Shown here one piece after another: positions 61,378 to 64,000 of a DNA stretch of 64,000 nt. The DNA comes from an uncultured Alphaproteobacteria bacterium (GTDB lineage: Bacteria > Pseudomonadota > Alphaproteobacteria > Rhizobiales > Beijerinckiaceae). Within the stretch, counting starts at the first letter, position 1, and every line of letters starts with the position of its first letter. The stretch is taken from NCBI GenBank assembly GCA_963787135.1, contig CAWBBW010000046.1:1532-65531 (forward strand). The letters are read 5' to 3'. A model generated the notes under the pieces. That model did not search any database. It saw only the letters and a list, made by a program, of their open reading frames with translations, and was not told the DNA's origin. Both the position numbers and the translations under genes were made by a program.

Positions 61378-62207
61378 CAATTTCCCTCGAAGACCGGCTT
61401 CACCTTGGCGACGAAAGCGCGATACGCGCGGCCGTAGTCTTTGGTCTGCATGCAGATCGCCTGCGCTTGCGCCTCGGCTTCGATCGCGGAATCGACGTCC
61501 AGCGCCCATTCCTGATGGAGGCACGTCTTGGTCATCGCGTGGCCGAAGGTCGGTCCGTCGGCGAGCTCTTTCGCCAGCGCCTGGGCGTCCGCCAGCACCT
61601 GCTCCGGCGTTGTGAGGCGGTTGAAGAAGCCCCATTTGTCCGCCTCCTCCGCGGTCATTGTGCGTCCAGTGTAAAGCAGCTCGGAGGCGCGGCCCTGGCC
61701 GATGAGGCGCGGCAGAATCGCGCAGGCGCCCATGTCAGCGCCCGCAAGGCCCACGCGCACAAACAGAAAGGCTGTCTTGGCGCGCGGCGTGCCGATCCGC
61801 ATGTCGGAGGCCATCGCGACGATGGCGCCCGCGCCGGCGCAAATTCCGTCAACCGCCGCGATGATCGGCTGCGGGCAATGCCGCATCGCCTTGACCAGGT
61901 CGCCGGTCATGCGCGTGAAGGCGAGAAGCCCCTGCATGTCGCCGGCCTCCTGCATCCGCACCAGCGGTCCGATGATTTCGTGCACATCGCCTCCGGAACA
62001 GAAATTCCCGCCGGCGCCGGTAACGACAATGGCTTTCACATCGCCGGCGAAGACAAGGCTTCGAAACAGATCGCGGAGTTCCGCGTAGCTCTCAAAGGTC
62101 AGCGGATTCTTCCGTTCCGGGCGGTTCAGCGTGATCGTTCCGACCTTGCCGGAAACCTCCCACTGAAAATGCGTCGCCCCATATGCGGCAGCCTTGAACC
62201 TCTGCAC
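61377..62207 (-). CDS. Enoyl-CoA hydratase/isomerase family protein
   Basis: [21 protein letters not shown]; GTG start with GAGGAG site. Confidence 0.9.
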   Translation of the reverse strand: MQRFKAAAYGATHFQWEVSGKVGTITLNRPERKNPLTFESYAELRDLFRSLVFAGDVKAIVVTGAGGNFCSGGDVHEIIGPLVRMQEAGDMQGLLAFTRMTGDLVKAMRHCPQPIIAAVDGICAGAGAIVAMASDMRIGTPRAKTAFLFVRVGLAGADMGACAILPRLIGQGRASELLYTGRTMTAEEADKWGFFNRLTTPEQVLADAQALAKELADGPTFGHAMTKTCLHQEWALDVDSAIEAEAQAQAICMQTKDYGRAYRAFVAKVKPVFEGN

Positions 62208-62233
62208 GTTCGTCTCCTCATGTTTATTTCGGT

Positions 62234-62974
62234 TCAAACCATGGACAAGCCGCCAGACACGCTCAGCGTCTGGCCAGTGATGTAATTCGAGTGGTCGCTG
62301 GCGAAGAACAAGATTGCGCTGGCGATCTCGGCTGGTTGTGCGAATCGTCGGAGTGGAATTGCGCGCCGGAACGCTTCGAGATGGTTCTCCGGCAGCGCCA
62401 TCAGCATCGGCGTTTCCGTTGGCCCGGGACATACGCAATTCACATTGATGGAATAACGGGCCATCTCGCGCGCCAGCCCCTTACTGAAGGCGATGAGGCC
62501 GCCCTTCGCGCCTGAATAGACTGTCTCGCCGGAACTGCCGACGCGACCGGCGTCGCTCGCCACATTGACGATCTTGCCCGCCTTTCGCTCGATCATCGGT
62601 CCCAAGAGCGCCCGCGTGAGTTTGATCGGCCCCATCAGATTGATGTCGACCACGCGCTCCCAGAACTCCGGATCGTTGTCGACGAACGCCTGTCCCTTTC
62701 CGTAGCCGGCGACGTTGGCCAGCACATGAACCTCGCCCCGGCTCAGCACTGTCTTCGCAAATTCGGCGATAGCGTGATCCGAGCTGACGTCGATCCAGGC
62801 AAACGTGGCCTTCAGCTCAGCGTCGCGCAGTCGCCTGGCTTCCTCCTCCCCCTTCTCCGCTGAAAGGTCGGCGAGGACGACGCTGGCGCCCGCACGCGCC
62901 AGCATCTCCGCCGTCGCACGCCCGATCCCGGACGCTGCTCCGGTCACGACCACGGTCTTCCCTTCGAGTCTCAT
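62234..62974 (-). CDS. SDR, BadH-like hydroxyacyl-CoA dehydrogenase
   Basis: [38 protein letters not shown]. Confidence 0.85.
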   Translation of the reverse strand: MRLEGKTVVVTGAASGIGRATAEMLARAGASVVLADLSAEKGEEEARRLRDAELKATFAWIDVSSDHAIAEFAKTVLSRGEVHVLANVAGYGKGQAFVDNDPEFWERVVDINLMGPIKLTRALLGPMIERKAGKIVNVASDAGRVGSSGETVYSGAKGGLIAFSKGLAREMARYSINVNCVCPGPTETPMLMALPENHLEAFRRAIPLRRFAQPAEIASAILFFASDHSNYITGQTLSVSGGLSMV

Positions 62975-62984
62975 GTGGCAATCC

Positions 62985-63761
62985 TCACCTGTCGAGAAAC
63001 TCCCTCACCCGCTTTCGAGTGTCGGCGGCGTTGAACAGTTTGTGGGTTTCCAGGAGCTCGATGAGCATGCCCTTGCCCAGGTCGGCGTCGGCCGCGCTGA
63101 AACAATGCTTGCACGCGGCCAACGCCGCCGGCGACAGAGCCGCGATGCGCACAACGACACTCTCGGCAAATGCGCTCAATTGGTCGGCCGGCACAGCCCA
63201 TTGAACCAGTCCCAGGTCGCGCGCCTGTACGCCGGTGACGACCTCGGCCGTCAGGATCAGGCGGCGCGCAACGCCGGGACCAGCGAGCCGCGACAGCCGT
63301 TGGGTGCCGCCTGCGCCGGGCAGGAGACCGAGACGGGCCTCTGGCAGCCCTAGCCGAGCGTCGTCGGCTGCAATCCGCAAATCGCAGGCGAGCGCCAGTT
63401 CGAACCCCCCGCCCTGCGCCGCGCCGGCGATCTCCGCGACGACCACCTGGGAAAGGGACTCAATCCGATCGTAAAGGCGCTGCATGAGGCGGACCGTTTC
63501 GATCATGCGATCGGGTCCGTCCTCGGTCGAAAAGCAATCCCGCATCAGCTTGAGGTCCGCGCCGGCGGAAAAAATTCGCTCCGAGGAGCGGATCAGCAGC
63601 ACGGCGATGTCTGGCTGCCCGGCCAGGTCGTCGAGGATGCCCTCGAAGCCGTCGATCCAGTCGCGGTTTATGGCGTTCACGGGCGCCCGCGCCATTGTGA
63701 GCTCCAACGCCGCGCCGGTGAAGCGGGTCTTGAACATGGGGGACATTGAATGACGGTTCAT
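62985..63761 (-). CDS. Enoyl-CoA hydratase/isomerase family protein
   Basis: FSAGADL, GGGFELALACD, PEARLGLLPGAGGTQRL. Confidence 0.9.
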   Translation of the reverse strand: MNRHSMSPMFKTRFTGAALELTMARAPVNAINRDWIDGFEGILDDLAGQPDIAVLLIRSSERIFSAGADLKLMRDCFSTEDGPDRMIETVRLMQRLYDRIESLSQVVVAEIAGAAQGGGFELALACDLRIAADDARLGLPEARLGLLPGAGGTQRLSRLAGPGVARRLILTAEVVTGVQARDLGLVQWAVPADQLSAFAESVVVRIAALSPAALAACKHCFSAADADLGKGMLIELLETHKLFNAADTRKRVREFLDR

Positions 63762-64000
63762 TCAGTTCAACAGATATCAGACCGGGGCCGCCGTCAAGGT
63801 TCCGATCCGCGGCGATCTGTCGCGCCGCTCCGTCGATGGCGCGGCCTGTGCGTCCGCATCTCTGTCGGCCACATCTTTCGTCGTGAGATCGGCGGCTCGC
63901 TTTGACCCCGGCCTCGACGCCCAGGAACCTGGCCATCTGCGTTGCGGGCCGCACGACAATTATTTGCCGGCCCTGCCCGCCTTTCGCTTCCCCTTGAGCC

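Noticed and set aside
63777-64000. Possible 3' end of a further minus-strand gene
   Set aside because: Too short at the window edge to assign a frame or family.

Overview
High-GC alphaproteobacterial (Hyphomicrobiales-like, inferred) chromosomal window with five zones. (1) 1-3145: small, partly decayed accessory ORFs, possibly an older tandem island. (2) 3146-18387: a 15.2-kb element integrated at the 3' end of tRNA-Ser(GCT), with a 14-bp att repeat. It carries a P4-type tyrosine integrase, an excisionase-like HTH, Prim-Pol, an SF2 helicase, a winged-helix protein followed by five 22-bp iteron-like repeats, two TerS-like paralogues and a scaffold-like protein. No terminase large subunit, portal, capsid or tail gene is recognisable, so it resembles a phage satellite. 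It also contains a second, inverted copy of its own att arm at 9349-9437. (3) 18.5-28 kb: housekeeping genes (GST, gatCAB, ruvX, dprA, plsY, pyrC-like). (4) tRNA-Arg(ACG), preceded by a tandem promoter/tRNA-5'-end duplication and followed by a 5.9-kb integrase-less island with an IS1634 and three consecutive genes that each carry an RxxxxH HEPN-type motif (candidate defence system). (5) 37-64 kb: anaerobic benzoate/4-hydroxybenzoate catabolic cluster (class I benzoyl-CoA reductase, dch/had/oah, korAB, hcrCAB, aromatic CoA ligase, BadL/BadM-like regulators). This cluster has four +1 frameshifts, three of them at sites that revert to GANTC, so they may be sequencing artefacts; one fuses bcrC to bcrB. 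All family assignments come from motif recognition by eye; no database searches were run.
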